From Janthinobacterium sp. (GTDB lineage Bacteria; Pseudomonadota; Gammaproteobacteria; Burkholderiales; Burkholderiaceae_D): 64,000 nucleotides of DNA. The stretch covers positions 6,531 through 70,530 of the forward strand of contig PKWL01000023.1 in assembly GCA_003133225.1 (NCBI GenBank), written 5' to 3'. Below are positions 9,486 through 19,373 of this stretch, in pieces. Position 1 is the stretch's first letter; the number at the start of each line of letters is the position of its first letter. Below the pieces are notes generated by a model that worked only from the letters and a program-made list of their open reading frames with translations, was not told the DNA's origin and did no database searches. A program made the translations under genes and the position numbers.

Positions 9486-10934
9486 TTATGCAAATTCTCC
9501 AACTTTGACTATTTTCAGGGCATTGGTGCCGCCGACCTGGCCCATGGGCTCGCCCCAGGTCACCACGAGCATGTCACCTTTTTTGACGATGCCATTGGCC
9601 ACTAACAAATCCTCGGCCTGCTTTAAGACGGCCTTGCTGTTGCTATCCTGGAGCAAATGGTAAGCCCGCACATTGCGGTACAAAGCCGCCTTGCGCAAGG
9701 TGGCAATGCTCGGGGTTAGGGCAAAAATAGGCGTGTCGATGTTGTGCCGGCTCATCCACAGTGCGGTCGAGCCGGACTCGGTGAGCGCGATGATCGCCTT
9801 CACGCCCAGATGATGCGCGGTAAACAGCGCGCCGTAGGCGATCGACTGGTCGATGCGGGTAAAACGCACATTCAGGAAGTCGGCGTCGAGCTTGTTGTAT
9901 TCAGACAATTCGGCTTCGATGCAAATGGCCGCCATCATTTCCACCGTCTCGATCGGGTAGCGGCCGGAGGCCGTCTCGGCCGAGGTCATCACGGCGTCGG
10001 TGCCGTCGAGCACCGCGTTCGCCACGTCCGATACTTCGGCGCGGGTTGGCACGGGGTTAAAGATCATCGACTCCATCATTTGCGTGGCAGTGATGGCCAG
10101 CTTGTTGGACGCGCGCGCCATCTTGATCATGCGTTTTTGCAACGCGGGCACGGCCGCGTTGCCCACTTCTACTGCCAGGTCGCCGCGCGCGACCATGATG
10201 CCGTCGGACGCGTCCAGGATTTCCTGAAGAGCGGGAATCGCTTCAGCCCGTTCGATTTTGGCGATCATCATCGGCTTGTGATGATACGGCTCGCCGGCGA
10301 TGTTGGCCAGCTGGCGCGCCATTTCCATGTCGGTCGCGCTTTTCGGAAACGACATGGCCAAGTAATCGGCCTGGAAACTCATCGCGACCTTAATGTCCTC
10401 CATGTCCTTGGCGGTCAGGGCCGACGCGGTCAAGCCCCCCCCTTGGCGGTTGATGCCCTTGTTGTTGGACAACTCGCCGCCGATTTTCACCGTGGTATGG
10501 ATCTCGCTGCCGACAATCTGATCGACTACCAGCACGATCAGGCCGTCGTTTAGCAACAGCACATCGGCCGGGTGCAAGTCGCGCGGCAAGCCTTTGTAGT
10601 CGAGGCCGACCCGCTCTTGGGTGCCCAGTTCGCCGTTCTCGCCCCACTTGGCATCGAGAATGAAGCGGGCACCGGCCGCCAGCTCGACTTTGTCCCGCTC
10701 AAACTTGCCGACGCGAATTTTCGGTCCTTGCATGTCGGCCATGATCGCCACTTCGCGCCCGCATTCGGCAGCGGCTTGACGCACCAGCTTGGCGCGCTCG
10801 ATATGATCTTTCGCATTGCCATGGGAAAAATTCAAGCGAACGACATCGACGCCGGCGCGGATCATGCGGGTCAAGGTCGCCAAATCGGACGAGGCGGGTC
10901 CGATTGTTGCGACTATTTTCGTACCACGAGACAT
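9486..10934 (-). CDS. pyk: Pyruvate kinase
   Basis: TKIVATIGPAS, RLNFSHG, DMQGPKIR, AKIERAEA, MVARGDL, TQMMESM, PTRAEVSDVANA. Confidence 0.97.
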   Translation of the reverse strand: MSRGTKIVATIGPASSDLATLTRMIRAGVDVVRLNFSHGNAKDHIERAKLVRQAAAECGREVAIMADMQGPKIRVGKFERDKVELAAGARFILDAKWGENGELGTQERVGLDYKGLPRDLHPADVLLLNDGLIVLVVDQIVGSEIHTTVKIGGELSNNKGINRQGGGLTASALTAKDMEDIKVAMSFQADYLAMSFPKSATDMEMARQLANIAGEPYHHKPMMIAKIERAEAIPALQEILDASDGIMVARGDLAVEVGNAAVPALQKRMIKMARASNKLAITATQMMESMIFNPVPTRAEVSDVANAVLDGTDAVMTSAETASGRYPIETVEMMAAICIEAELSEYNKLDADFLNVRFTRIDQSIAYGALFTAHHLGVKAIIALTESGSTALWMSRHNIDTPIFALTPSIATLRKAALYRNVRAYHLLQDSNSKAVLKQAEDLLVANGIVKKGDMLVVTWGEPMGQVGGTNALKIVKVGEFA

Positions 10935-10991
10935 AGAGTTCCTTGAACGTGAATACCGATCCTGGCGGCGGCAGGATCGGCCGAGCAGCGG

Positions 10992-12215
10992 TCAGGCGCC
11001 GTCTAAGCTGCGGCGGCGCATCAAGATGTCGACGGCCGGCAGCGTCTTGCCTTCCAAAAATTCGAGGAAGGCGCCGCCACCGGTGGAAATATAACCAATT
11101 TTATCCGCAATGCCATAGTTTGCAATCGCCGCCAACGTATCGCCGCCCCCGGCAATTGAAAACGCCTTGGCCTTGGCGATCGCCAGCGCCAGCGTCTTCG
11201 TGCCTTCGCCGAACTGCTCGAACTCGAACACGCCAACCGGGCCGTTCCAGACAATCGTGCCGGCGGTCGCGATCTGCGCCGCCATTAAGCGGGCGGTTTT
11301 GGGGCCGATATCGAGGATCAAGTCGTCGTCCGCGACGTCGGCCACGTCCTTGACGGTGGCCGCGGCCGTCGGTGAAAATTGCTTGGCGCACACGACATCA
11401 AGCGGGATCGGCACTTGCGCGCCGCGCGCCGCCATCATGTCGATGATGGCTTTCGCTTCGCCGACCAGGCCGACTTCCACTAGCGACTTGCCAATGTTTA
11501 GCCCCACGGCCTTCATGAAGGTGTTGGCGATGCCGCCGCCCACAATCAAGTGGTCGACCTTTTCGGCCAGCGCCTTCAGGATCGACAGCTTGCTCGAGAC
11601 CTTGGAGCCGGCGACGATGGCTAGCAACGGGCGCGCCGGCGCATTTAAGGCGCGCCCCAGCGCGTCCAGTTCGGCAGCGAGCAAGGGCCCGGCGCAAGCG
11701 ACCGGCGCAAATTTGGCGATGCCGTAGGTACTCGCTTCCATGCGGTGCGCCGTGCCAAAGGCGTCATTGACATAAATGTCACACAATTTGGCCATTTTTT
11801 GCGCCAGCTCATCGCTATTTTTCTTTTCTCCCACGTTGACGCGCACGTTTTCCAGCAGCACGACCTGGCCCGGCTTCAAGTCTTCCAGGCCGAGCCCTTC
11901 GACCCAGTTCTGTTTCAGTGCAACAAACTGGCCCAGCAATTCGGACAAGCGGGTGGCGACCGGCGCCAGGCTGTCGCCACTTTTAAATTGCCCTTCCGTC
12001 GGGCGCCCCAAATGGGAGGCCACCATCACGCAAGCGCCCGCGTCGAGCGCGGCCCGGATCGCGGGCACCGAAGCGCGGATGCGGGTATCTTCCGTGATAT
12101 GACCAGCGTCATCTTGCGGCACGTTCAAATCGGCACGAATGAACACGCGTTTGCCTTGCAGCGCGTGCTGCGCGATCAAGTCTTGCAGACGGGTAAAGTT
12201 AAGAGCAGCTGTCAT
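10992..12215 (-). CDS. pgk: Phosphoglycerate kinase
   Basis: [59 protein letters not shown]. Confidence 0.97.
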   Translation of the reverse strand: MTAALNFTRLQDLIAQHALQGKRVFIRADLNVPQDDAGHITEDTRIRASVPAIRAALDAGACVMVASHLGRPTEGQFKSGDSLAPVATRLSELLGQFVALKQNWVEGLGLEDLKPGQVVLLENVRVNVGEKKNSDELAQKMAKLCDIYVNDAFGTAHRMEASTYGIAKFAPVACAGPLLAAELDALGRALNAPARPLLAIVAGSKVSSKLSILKALAEKVDHLIVGGGIANTFMKAVGLNIGKSLVEVGLVGEAKAIIDMMAARGAQVPIPLDVVCAKQFSPTAAATVKDVADVADDDLILDIGPKTARLMAAQIATAGTIVWNGPVGVFEFEQFGEGTKTLALAIAKAKAFSIAGGGDTLAAIANYGIADKIGYISTGGGAFLEFLEGKTLPAVDILMRRRSLDGA

Positions 12216-12320
12216 GACGGTCCAAATGACGAGTAGGAGAAATGAGCACTATTTTACCGCATGCCGGAACCCAGAAAAACGTTAATCAAGCTGCAACGGG
12301 CCCATGGCGCTAAAAAATCA

Positions 12321-12545
12321 GCGCGCCAGATACGAATTGTTGGCGCGGCCCCGATCCCAAGCGTGCTGCGATCGCGGCCGCGGTCAAGGCTAGCCGGGCC
12401 GGACACGGCGGCAGAAGTTACTGCGCCCGCGCATGCCAGCAAAATGATGAACCTGCCACGGCCTCATCTGGCCCTTAGATTAGGCTGCCAACGGCTTTTT
12501 TTGTCGTTTTCCTTGGACAATCGACGCTACCTCTGGCGTACGCCA
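12321..12545 (+). pseudogene. ilvE: Possible decayed 3' relic of branched-chain amino acid aminotransferase
   Basis: Frame of ORF 12261 contains DTAAEVT (IlvE GTAAE[I/V]T), then Q.LF 23 residues later, the same spacing as E. coli IlvE as I recall it, then Y.W. Lies where ilvE usually precedes the zf-CHCC gene. Identity outside the anchors is low. Confidence 0.38.
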
Positions 12546-12903
12546 ATAAAGACAAAGAAAAATGGCTGCAGCATTGTAAAAAGGATTGCGGCGCCGCGGC
12601 GCCGCTCGCGCTGTTTAAGATCGGCAAGCCGGCTCGATCATTGGATGGGGCCTCTGGTAGTACGCCCAGCACCCCCGGCCCGAGACGGCCAGGCCGGGGT
12701 GAGAACGATGGGGCGGACGGCCGCATCCATCCATTCCAGGGTGGCGCGCAAGCATTATGTGCCGACCCGACGATGCTGCCGGCAGCGGCTGGGCGTGTGG
12801 GCGTATCAGTTACAAATATTTTCAAGCGGGAACAGAAAAAGGACGACTGTGGTTATCATGCGTATGCAGCGGAAAAAGACCCACGTCCTACTTGCCTGCC
12901 CCA

Positions 12904-12939
12904 GGCAGAGCGCGCGACAAGCTTCGCATCCGCTCTGCC
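12904..12939. terminator. Stem-loop upstream of the zf-CHCC gene
   Basis: GGCAGAGCG (12904-12912) pairs with CGCTCTGCC (12931-12939). Confidence 0.4.
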
Positions 12940-12966
12940 CTTGTAATTTGAAGTACCCATGGAGAT

Positions 12967-13164
12967 TTGATGACAAATGCCACACCGACTGCGGTCGAAC
13001 TCGATGCAACAGACTTGCCAGTCTACTGCCCCAACCCGGCAATGCCGCTGTGGTCGTCTCATCCACGCGTTTTTTTGGAATTTGACCAGGAAGGAATCGC
13101 CAAATGCCCGTATTGCGGTACGAGTTACCGCCTGAAAACAGGCCTGAACGCCCCTCACCACTAG
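12967..13164 (+). CDS. Zinc-finger domain protein (zf-CHCC)
   Basis: CPNP..PLWSSHPRVFL...AKCPYCGT.Y pattern. Confidence 0.9.
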   Translation: MMTNATPTAVELDATDLPVYCPNPAMPLWSSHPRVFLEFDQEGIAKCPYCGTSYRLKTGLNAPHH

Positions 13165-13691
13165 GTCGCGCCTGGTCGCACACGGGTTTAAAAAGGCACT
13201 TACGGTTGACGGATCCACCTGGGACGCTGTCCCAAGCTCTCTAAAGGAACACGAGCGACGGGGGTAAGCACGAAACGGTCAGCCGCAAGGTCATCAGTAG
13301 AGCGCGGGATACCGCTACCGACCTAGGCTGCGTTGCAACAGGGTCGATGCGGGACACGGGGGCAAAGGTGAGCAAAGATAATTTCATGGTATTTTTCGTG
13401 TCTGGCGCCACGCTGCCGTGCTCGACAGAGCTCTGGCTGGCGGACTGTGTTCGCACCCGCCACCCGCCACCCGATACCGCCGTTTGTGTTACGCCGTGGG
13501 CACAAAAGAAAAGGCGCAGCAGCCCGGGGCAACCGCCCGTTGGAACCCGGCAGCAGCGCGATCCTCTTAGCGAGCGCGAGCGGTTCGATGGCCAGCCCAT
13601 GCAGAGCGGGCCCGCTGTTTGCTATCAGCAACTGGCTGGCTACGAAGTTCGCCCGTACCTGTTGCAAAAATGGGCCCGCAAAGGCGCAGCC

Positions 13692-13955
13692 ATGAGCACC
13701 CGGCACTACCGATCGGAGGACGCGATTTGCGCCGCGCCAAGCGGGGCGGCGCATCCGGCGCTAGCCTATGGTGGCGGCAACGAGCGCGCGCGCGCCAGGA
13801 GTTCGAGAAACGCGATTTTTGCGCGGCGCGCCAAGCGCGCACAGCCAAGCAGCAAGACGCCGTGCGGTGGGCGGCGCGTGCCGCGCCAAGTATCGGTTGC
13901 CGCCGGCAGCGTGCCGACGGATGAAAGCGCCAATTCTCCGTCGAGGGCAACATGA
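13692..13955 (+). pseudogene. Possible shortened, decayed NTF2/SnoaL-like (YybH-type) gene
   Basis: AAGG RBS then ATG; SEDAICAA resembles S..D.EAAFY, RSSRNAIF resembles RASWESIF, GRRVPRQVSVAAG resembles GWRIVLHHASVAPG. TGA overlaps the yheT ATG (ATGA). Only 87 aa against about 140 for the recalled family. Confidence 0.42.
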
Positions 13956-14938
13956 CCTATAGCGCCCCATTCTGGCTGCCCAGCGGCCATCTGCAAACGA
14001 TTTATCCTGCCACCTGCATCGCCAAGCCGGCCGTCAGCTTCCGGCGCGAACGGTGGGACGCGCCGGACGGCGATTTTGTCGACGTCGATTTCGTTGACGG
14101 TCAGCCCGGGCAGCCGTTTGTCGTGCTGTTCCACGGCTTGGAAGGCTCGTCTGACAGTCATTATTCGAGGGCGTTGATGGCCGAGGTGGTCGCGCGCGGG
14201 TGGTCGGGCGCGGTGCCCCATTTTCGCGGCTGTTCGGGCGAGCCGAACCGCGCGCCCCGCTTTTACCATTCCGGCGATGCGGCAGAAATAGACTGGGTGG
14301 TGCGCCGCCTGCGCTTGCGCGCCCAAGGCAGCTTTTACGCGGCCGGCGTCTCGCTGGGCGGCAACGCCCTGCTGTGCTGGCTCGGCGAATCGCAACACCA
14401 GGCCGAATTTGTTGACGCAGCCTGCTCCGTTTCCGCCCCGCTCGATCTAACGCAAGGGGGGCAAACACTGTCTTGCGGCCTGAACTTGCTATACACGCGC
14501 ATGTTTTTGCAAACGCTGAAACCGAAATGCTTGACCAAACTAAAGCAATATCCAGGCTTGTTCGACCGCGACGCGATGCTGGCCGCGCGCGACCTATACG
14601 CGTTCGACAATGTCGTCACCGCGCCCCTGCATGGCTATCGCAATACGGAAGACTACTGGGACCGCGCCAGCGCCAAGCATGTGCTCACCGACATCACGGT
14701 GCCAACCCTGGTGCTGAACGCTCAAAACGATCCCTTCCTGCCCGGCCGCCACTTGCCGCGCAAGGCCGCCACCAGCGTCGTGCTCGACTACCCCCTTCAA
14801 GGCGGCCATGTCGGGTTTGCCGTCGGCACGATTCCCGGCCACATCAACTGGCTGCCGCAGCGCCTGATCCATTTCCTGGAAGGCAGCAGCCGGCGCGCCC
14901 CGCAAAACCTGCCACCGCGCGCAGCCGTCACCATTTAA
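13952..14938 (+). CDS. YheT-family alpha/beta hydrolase
   Basis: WLPSGHLQTIYP, PDGDFVDVD, FHGLEGS, nucleophile elbow GVSLGG, NAQNDPF, GGHVGF. Confidence 0.93.
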   Translation: MTYSAPFWLPSGHLQTIYPATCIAKPAVSFRRERWDAPDGDFVDVDFVDGQPGQPFVVLFHGLEGSSDSHYSRALMAEVVARGWSGAVPHFRGCSGEPNRAPRFYHSGDAAEIDWVVRRLRLRAQGSFYAAGVSLGGNALLCWLGESQHQAEFVDAACSVSAPLDLTQGGQTLSCGLNLLYTRMFLQTLKPKCLTKLKQYPGLFDRDAMLAARDLYAFDNVVTAPLHGYRNTEDYWDRASAKHVLTDITVPTLVLNAQNDPFLPGRHLPRKAATSVVLDYPLQGGHVGFAVGTIPGHINWLPQRLIHFLEGSSRRAPQNLPPRAAVTI

Positions 14939-14951
14939 ACAGGCATCAACC

Positions 14952-15542
14952 ATGGACCAGACCGTAAAACAAGCCATCGCAAAGTGGCCGAACGTGCCCC
15001 ACTGTTATGGCTGGCTGGGCCTGGATGCGCGCGGCAACTGGCGCATGCGCGACGAGCGCGCCCAACGCCTGGGCCTGGCCGGCGACAAAATCGTCCATCC
15101 AGCGTTATTGGGATTCATCGAGCGCAATTACACGCATGATGAACGTGGATGCTGGTTTTTTCAAAACGGCCCGCAGCGCGTCTATGTCAACCTGGAAAGT
15201 ACGCCGTACATTGCCCGCACCGACCCCCAGCATGATTTTATACTGCACACGGGCGCCGCCCTCGGCCCTGTCGAGGAAATATTTCTGACCGACTCGGGCG
15301 ATTTGATCTTGTCCGACGGCGCGATTGTGGCGCAACTAGATGACCGCGACCTGGCGCAGGTGATGGCAGCCTTCCAGTCGGGCGCTCGCGCCGTCAGCGA
15401 CGAAGGCTTGCTCGCCTGGCTAGCGGACGGCGCGAGCGCTCTGGGGCTATGCCATCGCGGCCGGGACATCGAGGTACAACGACTCGGTCGCGCCGAGGTG
15501 GACGGGCGCTTCGCTTTCGTGCGCCTACCGCAGCCGGCCTGA
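14952..15542 (+). CDS. DUF2946-family protein
   Basis: AKWPNVPHCYGWL.LDARGNWRMRD...FFQNGPQRVYV.L..TPY, conserved in Burkholderiales at this locus. Confidence 0.82.
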   Translation: MDQTVKQAIAKWPNVPHCYGWLGLDARGNWRMRDERAQRLGLAGDKIVHPALLGFIERNYTHDERGCWFFQNGPQRVYVNLESTPYIARTDPQHDFILHTGAALGPVEEIFLTDSGDLILSDGAIVAQLDDRDLAQVMAAFQSGARAVSDEGLLAWLADGASALGLCHRGRDIEVQRLGRAEVDGRFAFVRLPQPA

Positions 15543-15551
15543 GCGCCGCCC

Positions 15552-17159
15552 CTATTTTTTGCTTTCCTTTACCTCCTCGCGGTGGCGGGCCTGCAATTCA
15601 CGCTCGCGCGCATCGATCACGGCCAGATCATAAAATGAGGCGTCGCTCGCTTTGCGGGCAATCGTCAACTGGTCGAGCGCCGTCAGCGTGCCCCCGCTTA
15701 GCACGTAAGATTCGGCTAGCGCCATGTGTTGCAGCGCCATCTTGCCCTGCGCCGCATAGGCCTTGGCCATGACGTCGTACAGCTTTGGTTCTTCCCGGTA
15801 GAGCAGCACTTGCTCGCGCAGATAGCGGGCCGCCTCTTCCGGCCGGGCGCATGCGATCATCGCCTCGGCATATTGGAGCGCTATGCCGCGCGAGAGCGGG
15901 AACTGCAGATGAGCTGTTTGCGCTTCCTGCAAGGCCAGCTGCGCGAGTTGCGCGCTTTGATGGGGCGCCAGTTTGATCTCCAGTGCCATGCTGGTGAAAA
16001 TGGCGCCAGCCTGCTTGGCGGCCATCGACGTGCCGGGGCCGGCCCGCGTGATCGTGTCGCGGGCCGCATCGAGCCAGGTTTGCGCCTGGTTCACATCGCC
16101 TTTTTTCAGTGCAACAAGCGCCAGCCCGTATTGCGCTGCTGCCCTCTGGTGTCCCCTTTGCTGCAATAATTGATTGGCGAAGACGGCGCCCGCGTCGGCC
16201 AGGCCCTGCGCACTTTCATCTTGCAGTACGCGCGCCCGCGCCCGCACCAGATGGAAGTCGAGACTGTCGGCCCGCTGCTTGTACGGCATTTCACGAATGC
16301 GCGCCTGGATGTCGGCGATCCGTTCCGTGGTGAGTGGATGGGACTGCAGGTGGGCGGGCATCGAATCGCTGTAGACGCGGCTGGCGCTTTGCAAGCGTTG
16401 GAAGAAAGCGACCATGCCGCTCGTATCGAAGCCGGCCTCGCCCATGATCTGGAAGCCGATGCGATCCGCTTCGCGTTCCGCATCGCGGCTGAAATTGAGC
16501 TGACGCTGGATCGCGAGAGCTTGGCCGGCGGCAAACACGCCAATGGCCGTATCGCCACCGGCGCGCGAGGCGAGCACCGCCAAGATCAGCGCCGCTAACG
16601 GGATCAAGGCATCCTGGCGCTGCTGCCCTAGCATGCGCGCGATGTGGCGCTGCGCGACATGACCGATTTCGTGCGACAGCACCGCCGCTAGTTCCGACTC
16701 AGTTTGGGCCGCCAGCAGCAACCCCGAGTGCACGCCAATGAAGCCGCCGGGCAAGGCAAAGGCGTTTAACTGGGGATCGCGAACGGCGAAAAAGAAGAAG
16801 TCGAAACTGGTCTCGCCGCGCACGCTCGGCCGCGCAGCAACCAGCCCATTGCCGAAGTCGTTCAAGTATTCAAGGATCGGCCCGTCGTCAAGATAATCAT
16901 GGTCGCGCCGGAGCTCGCGCATGATTTCGTCGCCCAGCCTGCGCTCCATGGCGGGTGACAAATCTTCGCGCTCGGTGTCGCCTAGGGTCGGTAAGTTAGG
17001 CGCGCCCGCCGCAACGGGCGGCACTTGCGCCAAGCTGGCCGAGGACATCAGGAAGAGCGTTCCCAGCGTCGCCATGGCCAAGGTCAGGCAGCTGCGGGCG
17101 GGCGCCGACTTCGCCCTTGCCGTCCAGAAGGCGGGGGTGAGATGAGGTTTTGATTTCAC
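15552..17159 (-). CDS. M48-family zinc metalloprotease/chaperone (BepA/YfgC-like) with TPR-like C-terminus
   Basis: NAFALPGG, HEIGH zinc motif, FSRDAEREADRIG, SHPLTTERI. GTG start at 17159 is inferred. Confidence 0.92.
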   Translation of the reverse strand: MKSKPHLTPAFWTARAKSAPARSCLTLAMATLGTLFLMSSASLAQVPPVAAGAPNLPTLGDTEREDLSPAMERRLGDEIMRELRRDHDYLDDGPILEYLNDFGNGLVAARPSVRGETSFDFFFFAVRDPQLNAFALPGGFIGVHSGLLLAAQTESELAAVLSHEIGHVAQRHIARMLGQQRQDALIPLAALILAVLASRAGGDTAIGVFAAGQALAIQRQLNFSRDAEREADRIGFQIMGEAGFDTSGMVAFFQRLQSASRVYSDSMPAHLQSHPLTTERIADIQARIREMPYKQRADSLDFHLVRARARVLQDESAQGLADAGAVFANQLLQQRGHQRAAAQYGLALVALKKGDVNQAQTWLDAARDTITRAGPGTSMAAKQAGAIFTSMALEIKLAPHQSAQLAQLALQEAQTAHLQFPLSRGIALQYAEAMIACARPEEAARYLREQVLLYREEPKLYDVMAKAYAAQGKMALQHMALAESYVLSGGTLTALDQLTIARKASDASFYDLAVIDARERELQARHREEVKESKK

Positions 17160-17250
17160 GATGCTATGATACCCGTAGCTGCCCCTGTTACGCCGGCCCG
17201 CGCCGGTGAATGATGCAGGTTCCAAGGTCCACCATTTTGTGCTGCTTACC

Positions 17251-17781
17251 ATGACGACGACAAAAAACCACAGCCCCGCAGCGCGCAGCGGAGAACACCA
17301 GTTGACTCATTTCGATGGCGCCGGCCAGGCACACATGGTCGATGTGGGTGAAAAGTCGGAGACGCGCCGCGTCGCCATTGCCAGCGGCGCGATCAGTATG
17401 AAGCCCGAGACGCTGGCCATCATCCTGGCAGGCGGCGCCAAGAAAGGTGACGTACTGGGCATTGCCCGCATTGCCGCCATCATGGGCGCCAAACGCACCA
17501 GCGACCTGCTGCCTCTTTGCCATCCGCTATCGCTGACCCGCGTTACGGTTGACTTTGAGACGGATCAAAAGCGCACCTGCGTGCATTGCCGGGCGCAGGT
17601 AGAAACGGTGGGCCGCACGGGCGTGGAAATGGAAGCGTTGACGGCGGTCCAAATCGGCCTTTTGACAATTTACGATATGTGCAAGGCGGTCGATCGGGGC
17701 ATGGTCATGGGCGGGATCCGCGTGCTGCAAAAAGAAGGCGGCAAGAGCGGCAGCTGGAGTAGTTTGCAGCAGGAGTCTTAA
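17251..17781 (+). CDS. moaC: Cyclic pyranopterin monophosphate synthase
   Basis: [59 protein letters not shown]. Confidence 0.96.
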   Translation: MTTTKNHSPAARSGEHQLTHFDGAGQAHMVDVGEKSETRRVAIASGAISMKPETLAIILAGGAKKGDVLGIARIAAIMGAKRTSDLLPLCHPLSLTRVTVDFETDQKRTCVHCRAQVETVGRTGVEMEALTAVQIGLLTIYDMCKAVDRGMVMGGIRVLQKEGGKSGSWSSLQQES

Positions 17782-17803
17782 AAAAACCGTTGCCGGCGGC
17801 GCT

Positions 17804-18382
17804 TCAAGCCAAGGTAAATACCATTCTGGTGCCGCTTAAGTCAATCACGTCACCATGCTTTAACGTCTGCGGCCCTTGGTCGATGGCGACCCCGTTCACC
17901 AGTGGCCAGGTTCCCCCTTGGTGGACAATGACGTACGCATCGCCGCTGCGGCTGATCGCCACCACCTGCACGCCGGGGCGGCCAAGGGTAGTCACAGCCT
18001 TAGTTAGCGCCAATTGTTTGCCGGCATTGACGCCGCCCAGTATTTGGACATGGGCCGCCACGGGAGCGCTGCCGGCAGCGTCGGAAGGGCCCTCATTATC
18101 GGCCATGAATTGCATCGGGAACTTGGCTAGCACGATCTGGTCCGCATGTTGCAACAGGTACTTGCCGATGCGCCGACCGTTGACGAAGGTGCCGTTGGTG
18201 CTGTTCAAATCTTCGAGGAAATAATCGCGGCGAATGGTCACGATCACAGCGTGTTCGCCGCTCACGGTACTCGGCTCCAGCACGATGTCGTTGTAGCGGT
18301 GGCGCCCGATGGTCGTGCGCTCTTTGTTTAGCGGCACCGTCTGCACGACGCCGCGATCGCGCAAAATAATGATTTTCGCCAC
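17804..18382 (-). CDS. Tandem FHA-domain protein
   Basis: GGAGGA RBS then GTG at 18382. FHA1 has IGR...VSGEHA...DLNSTNGTFVNG; FHA2 (TLGRPG...LVNG...LKHGDVIDL) is degenerate. Confidence 0.88.
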   Translation of the reverse strand: MAKIIILRDRGVVQTVPLNKERTTIGRHRYNDIVLEPSTVSGEHAVIVTIRRDYFLEDLNSTNGTFVNGRRIGKYLLQHADQIVLAKFPMQFMADNEGPSDAAGSAPVAAHVQILGGVNAGKQLALTKAVTTLGRPGVQVVAISRSGDAYVIVHQGGTWPLVNGVAIDQGPQTLKHGDVIDLSGTRMVFTLA

Positions 18383-18431
18383 AGCTGTCAATCCTCCAGC
18401 GGCCAAAACGACAAAACGGGCGTCCACGGCA

Positions 18432-18458
18432 TGGCGGGGAGCTAGTTGCTCCCCGCCA
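18432..18458 (-). terminator. Stem-loop downstream of sucD
   Basis: TGGCGGGGAGC-TAGTT-GCTCCCCGCCA, perfect 11-bp stem. Confidence 0.6.
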
Positions 18459-18478
18459 GCACCGCGCAGGGCTACAAA

Positions 18479-19360
18479 TTAAAGTGCCGCTTTCAGCAAA
18501 CGCGCCATCTCGGACGGATTTTTGGTCACCGTAATGCCACAGGCTTCCATGATATCCAGTTTCGCCTGGGCCGTATCGGCACCGCCCGAAATCAACGCAC
18601 CGGCATGACCCATGCGCTTGCCTGGAGGCGCGGTCACGCCGGCGATAAAGCCAATCACTGGCTTTTTCATGTTGTCCCTGATCCAGTAAGCCGCGTTCGC
18701 TTCGTCCGGTCCTCCGATCTCGCCGATCATGATGACGGCATCCGTATCAGGATCGTCATTGAACAGCTTCATGATGTCAATGTGCTTGAGGCCGTTGATT
18801 GGATCGCCGCCAATGCCGACCGCGCTCGATTGACCCAGACCCAATGCGGTCAGCTGGCCGACCGCTTCATAGGTGAGGGTGCCGGAACGCGACACGACAC
18901 CGATGCGGCCCTTCTTGTGGATATGGCCGGGCATAATACCGATCTTGATTTCGTCTGGCGTAATCAGACCCGGACAGTTCGGTCCGAGCAGCAAAGTCTT
19001 GCTGCCGGATTTGGCCATGCGGTCTTTCAAGGCCATCATGTCGCGCACGGGGATGCCTTCGGTGATGCAGATGGCGAGGTCGAGCTCCGCTTCGACCGCT
19101 TCCCAGATCGCCGCTGCGGCGCCGGCCGGCGGCACGTAGATCACCGACACATTGACGCCGGTGGCTTTTTTCGCGGCACTGACGTTGGCAAAAATCGGAA
19201 TGCCTTCGAAGTCTTCGCCCGCCTTTTTCGGGTTGACGCCGGCAACGAAAGCGGCATGGCCGTTCGCGTATTCGCGGCACATGCGGGTGTGGAACTGACC
19301 GGTCTTGCCGGTGATTCCTTGGGTTACGACTTTGGTATCTTTATTGATCAGGATGGACAT
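18479..19360 (-). CDS. sucD: Succinyl-CoA synthetase alpha subunit
   Basis: [48 protein letters not shown]. Confidence 0.98.
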   Translation of the reverse strand: MSILINKDTKVVTQGITGKTGQFHTRMCREYANGHAAFVAGVNPKKAGEDFEGIPIFANVSAAKKATGVNVSVIYVPPAGAAAAIWEAVEAELDLAICITEGIPVRDMMALKDRMAKSGSKTLLLGPNCPGLITPDEIKIGIMPGHIHKKGRIGVVSRSGTLTYEAVGQLTALGLGQSSAVGIGGDPINGLKHIDIMKLFNDDPDTDAVIMIGEIGGPDEANAAYWIRDNMKKPVIGFIAGVTAPPGKRMGHAGALISGGADTAQAKLDIMEACGITVTKNPSEMARLLKAAL

Positions 19361-19373
19361 GTTGATTCCTTAA

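Noticed and set aside
9744-12236. Long antisense or alternative-frame ORFs overlapping pyk and pgk, and similar ones over sucCD, dnaK/dnaJ, recA and the MCP
   Set aside because: Shadow ORFs typical of high-GC coding DNA, with no protein motifs.
12527-12574. Phe-rich 15-codon ORF MLQPFFFVFIGVRQR on the minus strand upstream of pgk (attenuator-like)
   Set aside because: No RBS, the ATG overlaps a TACAAT -10-like hexamer, there is no terminator/antiterminator pair, and pgk is not Phe-regulated. It is explained by an A-rich tract.
13265-13300. Hammerhead-like CTGATGA on the minus strand near GAAAC on the plus strand
   Set aside because: The two core motifs are on opposite strands, so no hammerhead can form. 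CTGATGA at about 3032 also lacks a following GAAA.
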